NCBI GenBank assembly: GCA_041666485.1
Contig: JBAYGW010000002.1
Span: 7,711-71,710 of the forward strand
Direction: 5' to 3'
DNA from: Patescibacteria group bacterium
GTDB taxonomy: Bacteria; Patescibacteriota; Patescibacteriia; UM-FILTER-42-10
DNA length: 64,000 nucleotides
Positions 30,321-39,869 of the stretch are shown here, one piece after another. The position numbers were made by a program, and so were the translations under genes. Numbering within the stretch: position 1 is the stretch's first letter; each line of letters starts with the position of its first letter. A model generated the notes under the pieces. The model was not told where the DNA came from and did no database searches. It saw only the letters and a list, made by a program, of their open reading frames with translations.

Positions 30321-30362
30321 AAGGTTCCCATTCACTCTCATGAATGTTCGGAGCCTTTTTTC
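30321..30362 (+). terminator. Rho-independent terminator
   Basis: AAGGTTCC..CATTCA/TGAATG..GGAGCCTT stem followed by a T-run. Confidence 0.6.
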
Positions 30363-30473
30363 TTTGCCGAAAATAATATTATCGCCGGCGGGGCGCAATT
30401 ATTTCCGCAACTTTAACTTGAATTTTCACAATAAAAAGGCTACTATTAATGACTGACCATTAACCATGAATAT

Positions 30474-31376
30474 ATGAGAGAATCAACACTAGCCCCTACA
30501 ACTCTTGACGGAATTGTTGAACAAGGAAAGGAAAAAGAAAGAGAATTGCCAAAAATGACCGTATTTTTATTGCGTCATGGAGAAAGTAATAATGACAAAA
30601 CAAATCCCAACCGAGGACTTACCGAGAGAGGTATGGAGCAGGTAACAGAAAGTATCAACCAGATATTGAATAGTTTATTGTTAGAAAGCAATCCGGAATT
30701 TGAAGAATGGGATAATGAAGAATCAAGAATAACCGCCGTTCAAAATGCCATCCAAAATATAGAATTCCAGCTGAAAGATTCCGGCACCACTAGAACATTG
30801 GAACAAGTTTGGCTGGAATATGAAATACTGGAACAATACGGCGTGCCGGCAGAACACATTTATCTGCCACAAAGCGCATTTGAATACAAAGATAAAGAAC
30901 CGAATGAAAAAGCGGGCCCCGGCATAGCTAAAAGGCTCAAAGGAGTACGGGGGCTGGATCAGAATCCGGAATATAGGACTAAAATCAAATCAAAGGAGTA
31001 CCAAGAACGTGTTGGTGCAACCGGAGACATGATGGCCTGGGCCGTCTCCCCCGATGAAGATGTTCCGGATAACGTAGAAAAAAGAAGTCATATGGAAGAA
31101 CGCTACGCATCTGATATTGCAAAACTTGATAGAGTAGTCGCCCATAAAATGGAAGACTATCCGAAACGGGTGGTAGCGATTGCCAACGCCCATGCATCCA
31201 TCGCCACAATTGCCGCCGCCAAAGAATCCGGAATTCCACTGGAAAAACTTATGGGAAAAATTGGGGAAGTGCCGGAAGCCCAGGGCTTGCGCTATGATTT
31301 TTATGAAGGCGACACGGAACATACAGCTAAACCTTTTGGCCCTGAGATGGAACAGGCTGTGGCGGAATTAAAATAA
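30474..31376 (+). CDS. Histidine phosphatase (phosphoglycerate mutase-like) superfamily protein
   Basis: VFLLRHGES (RHG), LTERG.EQ, SGTTRT and a second His in VAIANAHAS. Confidence 0.8.
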   Translation: MRESTLAPTTLDGIVEQGKEKERELPKMTVFLLRHGESNNDKTNPNRGLTERGMEQVTESINQILNSLLLESNPEFEEWDNEESRITAVQNAIQNIEFQLKDSGTTRTLEQVWLEYEILEQYGVPAEHIYLPQSAFEYKDKEPNEKAGPGIAKRLKGVRGLDQNPEYRTKIKSKEYQERVGATGDMMAWAVSPDEDVPDNVEKRSHMEERYASDIAKLDRVVAHKMEDYPKRVVAIANAHASIATIAAAKESGIPLEKLMGKIGEVPEAQGLRYDFYEGDTEHTAKPFGPEMEQAVAELK

Positions 31377-31386
31377 TAGAGACCTT

Positions 31387-31448
31387 AAAAAAACCGTCCC
31401 CCACTTCCGCCTCCGCCGATTGGCGAATGGCAGATGGGACGGTTTTTT
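31387..31448. terminator. Bidirectional terminator with nested GCC/GGC hairpins in its loop
   Basis: AAAAAAACCGTCCC ... GGGACGGTTTTTT between convergent genes. Confidence 0.7.
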
Positions 31449-31456
31449 GATTTACA

Positions 31457-32965
31457 TTATTTAATCTTCAGTATTCCGGTATTACCATCCACTTCCACAA
31501 CCTGTCCGTCTTTGAGAATTTTGGTAGTCATACGCAGACCGATTATTCCCGGGATACCTGCCTCCCGAGCCAGAGTTGCCGGGTGAGAGGTAATTCCCGG
31601 CCCTCCATCACAGATCAGTGCCGAAGCTATAGAGAGCACCTGAGTAAACACCGGCGTAGCCTGCAGAGTACATATAATATCTCCCTTTTTCACTTTATGA
31701 AATGAATCCGGATTAATTACGATCTTCACCGGCCCTTTGGTAACACCCGGTGAAACAGCCATTCCTACTAACTCTTTTACGTTCTTGTCTACTTCCACAA
31801 ATTTTTTATAATAATGCTTCGCTTTTTCCCCTGTATACAGGCTCGTTCTGCCATTTTCCATAATAAACGCACACAGCTTTATTCTTTCATTAAGGGCGTT
31901 ACTCATATTTAAACCTTTGGTAAGCATCGGTCTGACTTCTGCTGTCCTCAAATGACGCGTCTGGCGCATAGAAAGCCCGCCACGCCGGGCTATTTCCATT
32001 AAGATCGGGTCATAATAATAAAGGGTTTGTGAGACGATACTTTTTCTTAATTCTTTGTAATAGATTCCTTCGCGCATAGTTTGAAATAAGCGCTGATGTT
32101 TTTTATCAATCTTTAATTTATCTTGAATCTCATTAATTTTTGTGCCAATCCTTTCCTCTTCTTTTAGCATCTTTTCTAATGCATTTTTCGGATTCCCCTT
32201 TAGATGCTTTTTGAAACGAATAATAAAATCTTCGTATGTTAATATCGGATCATCATAATCTCTAGTGATCCAAAAGAATTTTTTTTCATGATTCTTTATC
32301 AATCTCAACAGCTCCTTATCTTTTTGAATTAAGTTAATAGTATTTATTACGTTTCCTTTAAAATAATCCGCCCATTTTTTCCGCTTATTGATAATTTTAC
32401 ATATTTTTAAAGCGGCTAAAGTTTCCTGCCTGCTTACCATTGCTTTTGTTTCAGTAATAAGAGCATCTACATAATGCGCGGCTTTTTTGGAATCTGCTTC
32501 TTTGGTGGCAATATACTCTTGCAAATATTTGAACAAATAGTTTTCTATAGCTAGAATCGGAAAATAATGGGAATACACCTGTTTATAGCGCCTCTCGTAT
32601 TCCTCGTGCAATCCCGCCAGTCTACTATTACTTAGCAATCCAAGTTTCTTTAGACTGTTATTCTCCTTTAGAAATGCATAAAAGCTCTTGGCAAAAGCCC
32701 TCTGTATTTTACCAAGTTTAATAAACATATCCGGCTGTTGGAATGCTTTTTCCAATACATTCATCCCCACCCGTTCATGATCAGCCTTATCAAAATACAA
32801 ATACATATGGTTCTCTTCAAACATTTGTACTATTCTTTTATAGGTAACCCCGACCACATCCTTCAGTTCCTTTCCTATTGATTCCATAGAAAGGTAGTTT
32901 GGGAAAGGACTCATCCGTTGCCTTTGGGATATTTGAAACCATACGATTTTTTTATTTTTGATCAT
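31457..32965 (-). CDS. PEP-utilising enzyme swivel (phospho-His) domain protein, paralogue 1
   Basis: C-terminal GMAVSPG...GDII...GGPGITSHPATLAREAGIPGIIG...LKDGQVVEVDG. About 390-aa N-terminal region without ATP-grasp motifs. Confidence 0.9.
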   Translation of the reverse strand: MIKNKKIVWFQISQRQRMSPFPNYLSMESIGKELKDVVGVTYKRIVQMFEENHMYLYFDKADHERVGMNVLEKAFQQPDMFIKLGKIQRAFAKSFYAFLKENNSLKKLGLLSNSRLAGLHEEYERRYKQVYSHYFPILAIENYLFKYLQEYIATKEADSKKAAHYVDALITETKAMVSRQETLAALKICKIINKRKKWADYFKGNVINTINLIQKDKELLRLIKNHEKKFFWITRDYDDPILTYEDFIIRFKKHLKGNPKNALEKMLKEEERIGTKINEIQDKLKIDKKHQRLFQTMREGIYYKELRKSIVSQTLYYYDPILMEIARRGGLSMRQTRHLRTAEVRPMLTKGLNMSNALNERIKLCAFIMENGRTSLYTGEKAKHYYKKFVEVDKNVKELVGMAVSPGVTKGPVKIVINPDSFHKVKKGDIICTLQATPVFTQVLSIASALICDGGPGITSHPATLAREAGIPGIIGLRMTTKILKDGQVVEVDGNTGILKIK

Positions 32966-33563
32966 GATCCAAATATATGTTTAGTTCTTTATTAAATTGA
33001 CTGAAACTTTTCACTAAGACAGTCTTCATCCCCAGCGCTTTCGCATCCACAAGGTTTGATTCCTGATCATCCGCATACACAATTTCCCTTGGAGTTACAT
33101 TGAAACGCTTCATAACCACCCGCAGCGTTTTTTTACTCGCCTTCGGCAGATTAAGCTCCCAGGTATTGATAATATTCTTGAATTCATTTCTGAGGCGGAA
33201 TTTTTTGACAATCGCATCAACAAATTGGGAACGCGTATTTTTGGTAAGAAGTAGCGTCACATACCCCCTCCTGTTTAAATCCCTATTTACTACCAGCACC
33301 CGGTTATCAATTTTCATGAGTTTGTAATGCACATCCCTTAACTGTTGCCAGGTTATCGGCAGATTAAAATATTCTACCGTTTTTTGCCACGCTTCTTTCT
33401 GTGATATCTTCCGGATTGCCGCCAGATTAAAATATTCTGAATACATTTTCTGCTGATATGTCTTCCAGTTACCGCCATAACGTTTTGCCAGTTCCTTAGA
33501 AGTATTCGGATATCCGGCATTCAGAATTAACCCATAGCAGTCAAATATTATTAGTTTAACCAT
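32952..33563 (-). CDS. HAD-superfamily hydrolase
   Basis: LIIFDCYGLI (motif I), LLTKN, PKAS, YADDQESNLVDAKALGMKT. Overlaps the start of the swivel-domain gene. Confidence 0.85.
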   Translation of the reverse strand: MVKLIIFDCYGLILNAGYPNTSKELAKRYGGNWKTYQQKMYSEYFNLAAIRKISQKEAWQKTVEYFNLPITWQQLRDVHYKLMKIDNRVLVVNRDLNRRGYVTLLLTKNTRSQFVDAIVKKFRLRNEFKNIINTWELNLPKASKKTLRVVMKRFNVTPREIVYADDQESNLVDAKALGMKTVLVKSFSQFNKELNIYLDHDQK

Positions 33564-33652
33564 ATATTGATCAATTATTTATTTGTTTACTCACATATCT
33601 TATATAATATCATGTTTGGTATACTTTGGTTATTATGCAGTTTCTATTCTAC

Positions 33653-33681
33653 TTGATTTTTTTGCCCAGATGTGTTACAAT
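33653..33681 (+). promoter_or_regulatory. Putative sigma70 promoter of the two-component operon
   Basis: TTGATT, 17 nt, TACAAT, with TG just upstream of the -10 box. Confidence 0.45.
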
Positions 33682-33703
33682 AAGCATATTAACCCTCTCA
33701 AAC

Positions 33704-34036
33704 ATGAATGTAGAAATAATCCGTAATGTAATACTGGCAATCGGTTGGCCAGTTTTATTTGTTTTCAGCATTTATATATTTAAAGTTGGAAAACGGGCAT
33801 ATTCCGCAGTCAATGGTTCTTTGGTCGGGAAAATTATTAAAGTACTCGTTTATTCAATGTTAGTTGAGATGTACAGCCTGGGCATCGTCAGTACAGTATA
33901 TCTTTTGAATAACGCTAATGGCATATATATTGTGCTGCCTATATTTATTGTCTGGGGGTTTGTTTTCGTCTGGAGCATCAATACGATTAAAAAATCAAGT
34001 GATTTAGCCAATAACATTACATTACAAAATAATTAA
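33704..34036 (+). CDS. Small 3-TM membrane protein (paralogue A)
   Basis: IGWPVL...V.GSLVGKI.KVLVY.MLVEMYSLGIVST shared with the next gene. ATG at 33704. Confidence 0.75.
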   Translation: MNVEIIRNVILAIGWPVLFVFSIYIFKVGKRAYSAVNGSLVGKIIKVLVYSMLVEMYSLGIVSTVYLLNNANGIYIVLPIFIVWGFVFVWSINTIKKSSDLANNITLQNN

Positions 34037-34048
34037 CTAATTAAATTT

Positions 34049-34375
34049 ATGTCGCTAGAACTTATGAGAAATACAATTTTGTTTATTGGGTGGCCGGTTT
34101 TGATTGCCGGTTCGGTCTATATTTTCATAAAAGGCCGAAATGTCTATCAATTAGTTAAGGGGTCATTGGTCGGTAAAATTACTAAGGTATTGGTTTACAC
34201 CATGTTGGTTGAAATGTATTCTCTAGGGATCGTCAGCACCGCTTATATGTTTGAAAATGCCAAAGGAGTTTACTGGGTACTGCCGGTATTTGCCGTGTGG
34301 TTCATTACCTTTGTTTGGTCTCTAAAAACACTCAAATCCGCAGGTGAAGAAGCCAAAAAAATTACCCAGGGATAA
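34049..34375 (+). CDS. Small 3-TM membrane protein (paralogue B)
   Basis: Tandem paralogue of 33704..34036. Confidence 0.78.
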   Translation: MSLELMRNTILFIGWPVLIAGSVYIFIKGRNVYQLVKGSLVGKITKVLVYTMLVEMYSLGIVSTAYMFENAKGVYWVLPVFAVWFITFVWSLKTLKSAGEEAKKITQG

Positions 34376-34396
34376 AAAATCATTAACTATAAAACA

Positions 34397-34666
34397 ATGG
34401 CAAACGGAGAAGAATACAAAAATATAATGAGCGAGATGATTAAAAAGCAAATAGTCATCCTAGGGCCGGATATCGCGATTATGAAGGCAAAAAATGTCAC
34501 AGAACTGGCGATCAACCCAGATGGAGAGGTAACAGAGATTAACGGTGAACCGCAGGTGGCACTACAAAGATTAATTGATGAATATGTCGCCTTATCGGGT
34601 TTGATTGTCAAAAAAACCATGGAACCTTTGCTGGCAAAATATCCATCGGTTAAAGTAGATCAGTAA
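34397..34666 (+). CDS. Small conserved hypothetical protein
   Basis: IKKQIVILGPDIA...LQRLIDEYVALSG; in an operon with the histidine kinase. Confidence 0.7.
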   Translation: MANGEEYKNIMSEMIKKQIVILGPDIAIMKAKNVTELAINPDGEVTEINGEPQVALQRLIDEYVALSGLIVKKTMEPLLAKYPSVKVDQ

Positions 34667-34687
34667 AAGAATAAATAGATCCAGACA

Positions 34688-36436
34688 ATGGATAATTGGA
34701 ATCTTACAGTTGTTTTAATTTTTTCAGTTGCTATTACCGGGATAGTGATCAGTTTTTGCGTATATATTAGAAAATTGAAAGGAACGTTAAAAGCAGAAGG
34801 TGAAAAAAGAGAATCAGAAAATAACCGGCGCATGTATGAACTGTCCATTCTTAAAGAAATAGGAGAAAGAGCCGGTTATTCTTTAAATACCCAGAGAATT
34901 GCTGATATTATCACCGGATCATTAAAAGAACTGATTGATTACTCTACGACTTCCTATATTCTGGAAGATTCCCAAAAAAAAGAATTGCTTTTCAAGTGCG
35001 AAGTTGAAGAAAGTGTCAGCCCTAAATTTGTGGAAGATGTAAAAAGCAGGATGGTCGCGGCGCTGTCAATTTTGACAGACCAGAACTATCAGGAACGAAA
35101 GATTGAAGAAGTCGTCGCGGGGACTATTTTGGATGATGAAAACAATGAGCCTTTAAGCTCATTTTTCAATATTCCGCTGACAGTCGGCGATAAAGTCGTC
35201 GGCATTTTGAACGTATCCAGCACCAAGACCGGCCTGTACAAGGAAGATGAAATGACTATTCTGTATAAAATAACCGCGCAGGCATCCAATGCTGTTACCC
35301 GCCTGCAGGATGTACTGGATTCCGAACAGAGCAAACTCAATGCTATGGTAGTCAGCATGGCTGACGGAGTATTGATGATTGACATGGAAAACAGGGTCTA
35401 TGTGATTAATCCTAAAGTAAAAGAGCTTTTGGGGATTGAGAGTGAGGAAATTTCCATTTTTGATATTATTGAGGCATTTGAAGGCAAGGTGGATTTCAGA
35501 ACTAAGCTTGAAGAATGCGTTAAATTGAACCGCCAGGAAATTGTAGAAGAAACTTATCTTCAGCACCGTTATATTAGAATTTTGTTTTCGCCGGTAAAAG
35601 ATAAAAATGACGATACTTTGGGAGCAGTAATTATTTTACACGATATTACACACGATAAAGAACTGGAAAAAGTAAAAGAAGATTTTACCAGCATGATGGT
35701 ACATGATCTGCGATCTCCTCTGAATGGTATCCGGCTGATCGCTGAAATGTTGCAGGATAAGAAAATGCCCAAGGACCAGTTTTTGCAATCAGCTAAAATG
35801 ATTCACGAAAGCACTACGAATATTTTAGAGCTGGTAAATGATTTATTGGATGTCGCTAAATTAGAAGCCGGTAAATTCATTGTGGCCAAAGAAAAGGGCG
35901 ACCTGCAAGCGGTAATTGCCAGCAGGATTAATTTCTTTCAGGCTCTGGCGAATGAAAAAAATATAAAACTTGATTCATATTGGGAGCCCGACATTGAACA
36001 AATACCGTTTGATGAAAAAGAGATAGTTCAAGTGCTGAATAACTTACTGTCCAATGCAATCAAATTCACCGATAAAGATGGTAAGGTAACTGTGCAAACA
36101 CTACTTTTAAGAAAAGATGAGGACGTTAAAAATAAGGCCGATTCCAATAAGATAAAATGGTTTATTTCCAATACATCCCCCGCTCTGATGAAACGTAGTA
36201 GTGACCTGTTAATTTGTGCTGTAACTGATAATGGGAACGGTATTGCACAAGAAAAAATTAAGAGTTTGTTTAATAAATTTCAACAGGCGGAAAACGGTAA
36301 AAAGTCAGAAATTAAAGGAACGGGGCTGGGTTTGGTAATCGCCAAGGGGATAATTGAAGCACATGGCGGCGCGGTTGGTGTTGAGTCTGTGATTGGCAAG
36401 GGCAGCACATTTTATTTTACATTACCATTAGAATAA
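34688..36436 (+). CDS. Sensor histidine kinase (TM-GAF-PAS-HisKA-HATPase)
   Basis: MMVHDLRSPL H-box, NLLSNAIKFT N-box, DNGNGI, GTGLGL and GKGSTFYFTLP. Confidence 0.95.
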   Translation: MDNWNLTVVLIFSVAITGIVISFCVYIRKLKGTLKAEGEKRESENNRRMYELSILKEIGERAGYSLNTQRIADIITGSLKELIDYSTTSYILEDSQKKELLFKCEVEESVSPKFVEDVKSRMVAALSILTDQNYQERKIEEVVAGTILDDENNEPLSSFFNIPLTVGDKVVGILNVSSTKTGLYKEDEMTILYKITAQASNAVTRLQDVLDSEQSKLNAMVVSMADGVLMIDMENRVYVINPKVKELLGIESEEISIFDIIEAFEGKVDFRTKLEECVKLNRQEIVEETYLQHRYIRILFSPVKDKNDDTLGAVIILHDITHDKELEKVKEDFTSMMVHDLRSPLNGIRLIAEMLQDKKMPKDQFLQSAKMIHESTTNILELVNDLLDVAKLEAGKFIVAKEKGDLQAVIASRINFFQALANEKNIKLDSYWEPDIEQIPFDEKEIVQVLNNLLSNAIKFTDKDGKVTVQTLLLRKDEDVKNKADSNKIKWFISNTSPALMKRSSDLLICAVTDNGNGIAQEKIKSLFNKFQQAENGKKSEIKGTGLGLVIAKGIIEAHGGAVGVESVIGKGSTFYFTLPLE

Positions 36437-36451
36437 TTAAATAATACGAAC

Positions 36452-36820
36452 ATGGCAAAAAAAATATTAGTCATCGACGACGATGATGCGATACAACAAG
36501 TGATAAAATCAGCCCTCGTTTCTGAAGGCTATGAAGTAAGAATTGCCGATGACGGCAAAGAAGGTTTAAAAGTAGTAAAAGAATTCCAACCGGACTTGAT
36601 AATACTGGATATTATAATGCCGGTAATGGATGGTTTGGGATTTCTAAAAGAAAATAAAAATAGATCAATTCCTGTTATTATCCTAACCTCCCTGGGTAAG
36701 GATGATAATGAGCAGAAATTTATTGATCTGGGGGCCAGACACTTTCTACAGAAGAGCATTGTACATGTTGACGATATTAAACAAAAAATTTCTGATGTAT
36801 TAAAAGAAGAGAGTAAATAA
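36452..36820 (+). CDS. Single-domain response regulator (receiver only)
   Basis: KILVIDDD, PDLIILDIIMPVMDG, PVIILTS and GA..FLQK. Confidence 0.95.
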   Translation: MAKKILVIDDDDAIQQVIKSALVSEGYEVRIADDGKEGLKVVKEFQPDLIILDIIMPVMDGLGFLKENKNRSIPVIILTSLGKDDNEQKFIDLGARHFLQKSIVHVDDIKQKISDVLKEESK

Positions 36821-36834
36821 TATATTAGACAAAT

Positions 36835-36867
36835 AAAAAACCGATGGTAATTATCCCTCGGTTTTTT
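36835..36867. terminator. Bidirectional terminator
   Basis: AAAAAACCGA.GG ... CC.TCGGTTTTTT between convergent genes. Confidence 0.65.
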
Positions 36868-36868
36868 G

Positions 36869-38383
36869 TTAGATCTTTTTTACAATCCCCTTCGTCGCGT
36901 CCACTTCCACCAGATCGCCGTCTTTGAATACTTTGGTGGCAATTCCTGTGCCGATAATACAGGGTATTTTGAGTTCTCTGGAAACAATGGCTGCGTGGCA
37001 AGTAATGCCGCCCGTATTAGTGACAATAGCCACTGCTTTGTTCATTGCCGGCACCAATGATGGGTTGGTGGAATAGCTAATCAAAATATCTCCTTCATTG
37101 AATTTGTTTAAATCACTTGTAGAATTGATTATTTTCACCATGCCCTTGGCTTTGCCCGGATAAGCCACTTGACCACTGATAATATTATTATGCTTAATCT
37201 TAATAGTAGGTTTGGTTTGGACAAATAATTTCTTAAATTTTTTAGCTTTAGCACCAGTATAAAAACCGACTTTACCATTTACTAAAATATGAGCCGAACA
37301 TTGATACCGTTCATTTAATTGATCACTGGTAAAGGCTTTTTTATCGTTTATCAGGATATCCTGATACTCAGCCCTGGTGACATAACGGGCCTGCAGTGGA
37401 GACCAATAAAAACGACCAGCAATTTCTTGATACCATCTACCCATAGCATAATTATGGTAGTAAACCTGAACCTCTTTCCGAATTTCTTTTAAATAAGCTA
37501 ATTCCCGGACAATCTCAATTTGGTACAATTCTTCTTTATTAAAAAATAATTTTGCTTTGTTGTGAAATTTTTTAAGTTCAGCTAATTTATTTTGTTTAAT
37601 CCTTATCTCTCTATCAGGAAATATCCCCCATCGCCTTTTGACTAAATCAAAATAATATTCTGGCCCAGCGGCTGGACCTACAAAATAATACTGTAGCCAA
37701 CCAAATTTATCAGCCAGTTTTTTAAAACTACTTTGAGCGCCAGCTGATAATTCCTTAAGACTTTTACAATTTTTAAATTGTTTTAATAGAGTTTTATTTT
37801 TCTTTATCCTACTGATCAATTTTAAAACCGCCATATTTTCTTCACTGATAGCTGTCGGCTTAATAGAAGTAACTAAATTACTAAAAACAATTTCCGGGTT
37901 ACCTAATTTTTTTAGCTTGGGTTCTAGTTCTTGATATAAATTTACCGAGAATTTAACTCTGCTCATATCCAGTGTTTGTACTACTAGACCCCATTTCCAA
38001 CATTCAGCAAAAACATCATACAAATTACAATAAATCTTAAATAGCTGACTATTTGTTTTTATTTTCAAATTGTCTACCAATAAACGCCGACATAATATTT
38101 TCATCATTTTAAAAGCATCATAGTGGCCGTGACAAAGCTGTTGAAAAAATTCTTTATCTCTAATTAGCTTCTGACCAAAGTAATCCCCGGCTTTTATAAA
38201 CTGCAATTCTACGGGCCCCCAAACCACAAAATCTTTTTCAAAAACAAATAAGCTGTCCAATTTTAGCTTGTTGGCAGATAATTTTGGCAAATCTACTTTA
38301 AAATTTTTTTCATTTAAAACACACCAAGGAGTCAAAGCCACATTATAATCTTCAACTAATATGATAAACTGTCTTTTTGGCAT
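36869..38383 (-). CDS. PEP-utilising swivel-domain protein, paralogue 2
   Basis: GQVAYPG...GDIL...TGGITCHAAIVSRELKIPCIIGT; N-domain contains FGWLQYYFVGP and YLKEIRK. Confidence 0.9.
   Translation of the reverse strand: MPKRQFIILVEDYNVALTPWCVLNEKNFKVDLPKLSANKLKLDSLFVFEKDFVVWGPVELQFIKAGDYFGQKLIRDKEFFQQLCHGHYDAFKMMKILCRRLLVDNLKIKTNSQLFKIYCNLYDVFAECWKWGLVVQTLDMSRVKFSVNLYQELEPKLKKLGNPEIVFSNLVTSIKPTAISEENMAVLKLISRIKKNKTLLKQFKNCKSLKELSAGAQSSFKKLADKFGWLQYYFVGPAAGPEYYFDLVKRRWGIFPDREIRIKQNKLAELKKFHNKAKLFFNKEELYQIEIVRELAYLKEIRKEVQVYYHNYAMGRWYQEIAGRFYWSPLQARYVTRAEYQDILINDKKAFTSDQLNERYQCSAHILVNGKVGFYTGAKAKKFKKLFVQTKPTIKIKHNNIISGQVAYPGKAKGMVKIINSTSDLNKFNEGDILISYSTNPSLVPAMNKAVAIVTNTGGITCHAAIVSRELKIPCIIGTGIATKVFKDGDLVEVDATKGIVKKI
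36887..36925. repeat. 39-bp exact direct repeat, copy 1
   Basis: CCCCTTCGTCGCGTCCACTTCCACCAGATCGCCGTCTTT, identical to 41421-41459. Confidence 0.9.
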
Positions 38384-38401
38384 ATTATTTGATGTCTTAT
38401 T

Positions 38402-39868
38402 CTACTCATTTAACTTTTTTACAACCCCCTTTATCGCGTCTACTTCCACTATGTCGCCGTCTTTTAATACTTTGGTAGCAATTCTGGTCCCAATGACACA
38501 GGGCGTTTTTAATTCTCTGGCGACAATAGCTGCGTGGCAAGTAATGCCGCCAGAATCAGTGATTATTGCACTGGCCTTTTGCATAGCAGGTACAACCTGA
38601 GGATTTGTAGAAGTGGAAACCAGAATGTCGCCTTTGTGCATTTTCTTCATATCCGCTAGCTCATCAACTCTCCTTACAATACCTTTCGCTTTACCTGGAT
38701 AAGCGGTACTGCCTTCAATTATCTTTATGTTGGGGTTAACAAACAGTGACTGTTTTATTTCCTGAGAAATTCTTTTGACTTTTTTCCCTGACATAACCTG
38801 ATAATTAGTCCCCTTAAAAAGAACTACTGATTCCTTGATTCTTTCGTTCATCAGATCGGCACTAATATTTTCTTTGAGCAGAGCTTGTTTTATTTCGTCG
38901 GGCGTAATCATAAAGGACTGCAACCGTGATAAATTATTTCTTCTTGCAACTTCATTAATGAAACCCTCCATTAATAAATGAGCTTTCTGGTTCAAAAACT
39001 TCCGCTCAAATTTCCAGAAGCCTAGCGTTTGTAAAGCATGAATGATTCTCAGCTCTCTTTTGTTCAATTTGAGTTCCTTCTCAACCGCCCTCTGTTTTGC
39101 TGCTAGAATCTTTCCGGTCTTACCCTTTTCATTCAGCAATTTGACTATTACCTCCATTTTCCTTGGCAGTGCACTCAACCGGCGCCGGATATCATGCGTT
39201 TGCCAAGCTGGCCCGTTATAACCATAACCGATCCAAGTATATTGTTTAAGATGACTAGCAATATCTTTCTTTGACAACTTCCGCTTCAACTGTTTAAGCC
39301 GTAACTTCAATAAGGCCACTTCCTCACGCGATGCCACTGTTTCTCTAGAAGAAGAAGATAATAGTTGAAAGTATTCTCCAATTTTATCATTATCCTTTCC
39401 TAATTTTATACCAATAATTTTTTCTACTTGGTTGCTCAAAAGAGGCGCCTCCATTTCAGCCGCAGTAGCCATTACACTATAAGTCATCATGGAAATAAAT
39501 TTTTTCAACCAATCCTGCCAACGCGTTATGAGCTCTTGACCGCTCAAAGTAGATAAATCACCTGAAAGCCTTTTAGCTGCTTCAAGCATTATTGGTATTT
39601 CTTCTTTATTTACTGACTCAATCTTTTTTAGCAAAATATCATTCTGTTCTAGACGCTTTAAAATTTTTCTTCCAGGAGCAATTAAGGATCCTTCTTTTAC
39701 CAGATAGCTAAACCAATGATTTTTATACCAACAACCAATTACACCATTTTCTATGCCCACTTTTTTTGCCGCATACTGCGCACACCACCAGTACAGCATG
39801 GTAGGGTAAAGATAAGCGTTCTTATCATGGGCTAGTTCAAGCCATCTTTTTTGATGTTGATTATTCAT
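38402..39868 (-). CDS. PEP-utilising swivel-domain protein, paralogue 3
   Basis: SGGITCHAAIVARELKTPCVIGT; N-domain contains YTWIGYGYNGP and FWKFERK. ATG at 39868, just after the upstream stop. Confidence 0.9.
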   Translation of the reverse strand: MNNQHQKRWLELAHDKNAYLYPTMLYWWCAQYAAKKVGIENGVIGCWYKNHWFSYLVKEGSLIAPGRKILKRLEQNDILLKKIESVNKEEIPIMLEAAKRLSGDLSTLSGQELITRWQDWLKKFISMMTYSVMATAAEMEAPLLSNQVEKIIGIKLGKDNDKIGEYFQLLSSSSRETVASREEVALLKLRLKQLKRKLSKKDIASHLKQYTWIGYGYNGPAWQTHDIRRRLSALPRKMEVIVKLLNEKGKTGKILAAKQRAVEKELKLNKRELRIIHALQTLGFWKFERKFLNQKAHLLMEGFINEVARRNNLSRLQSFMITPDEIKQALLKENISADLMNERIKESVVLFKGTNYQVMSGKKVKRISQEIKQSLFVNPNIKIIEGSTAYPGKAKGIVRRVDELADMKKMHKGDILVSTSTNPQVVPAMQKASAIITDSGGITCHAAIVARELKTPCVIGTRIATKVLKDGDIVEVDAIKGVVKKLNE

Positions 39869-39869
39869 T

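Noticed and set aside
29616-30398. 260-aa minus-strand ORF, and similar antisense ORFs at 53508-53986
   Set aside because: These are shadows of GC-rich plus-strand genes, which have the promoter, SD and terminator.
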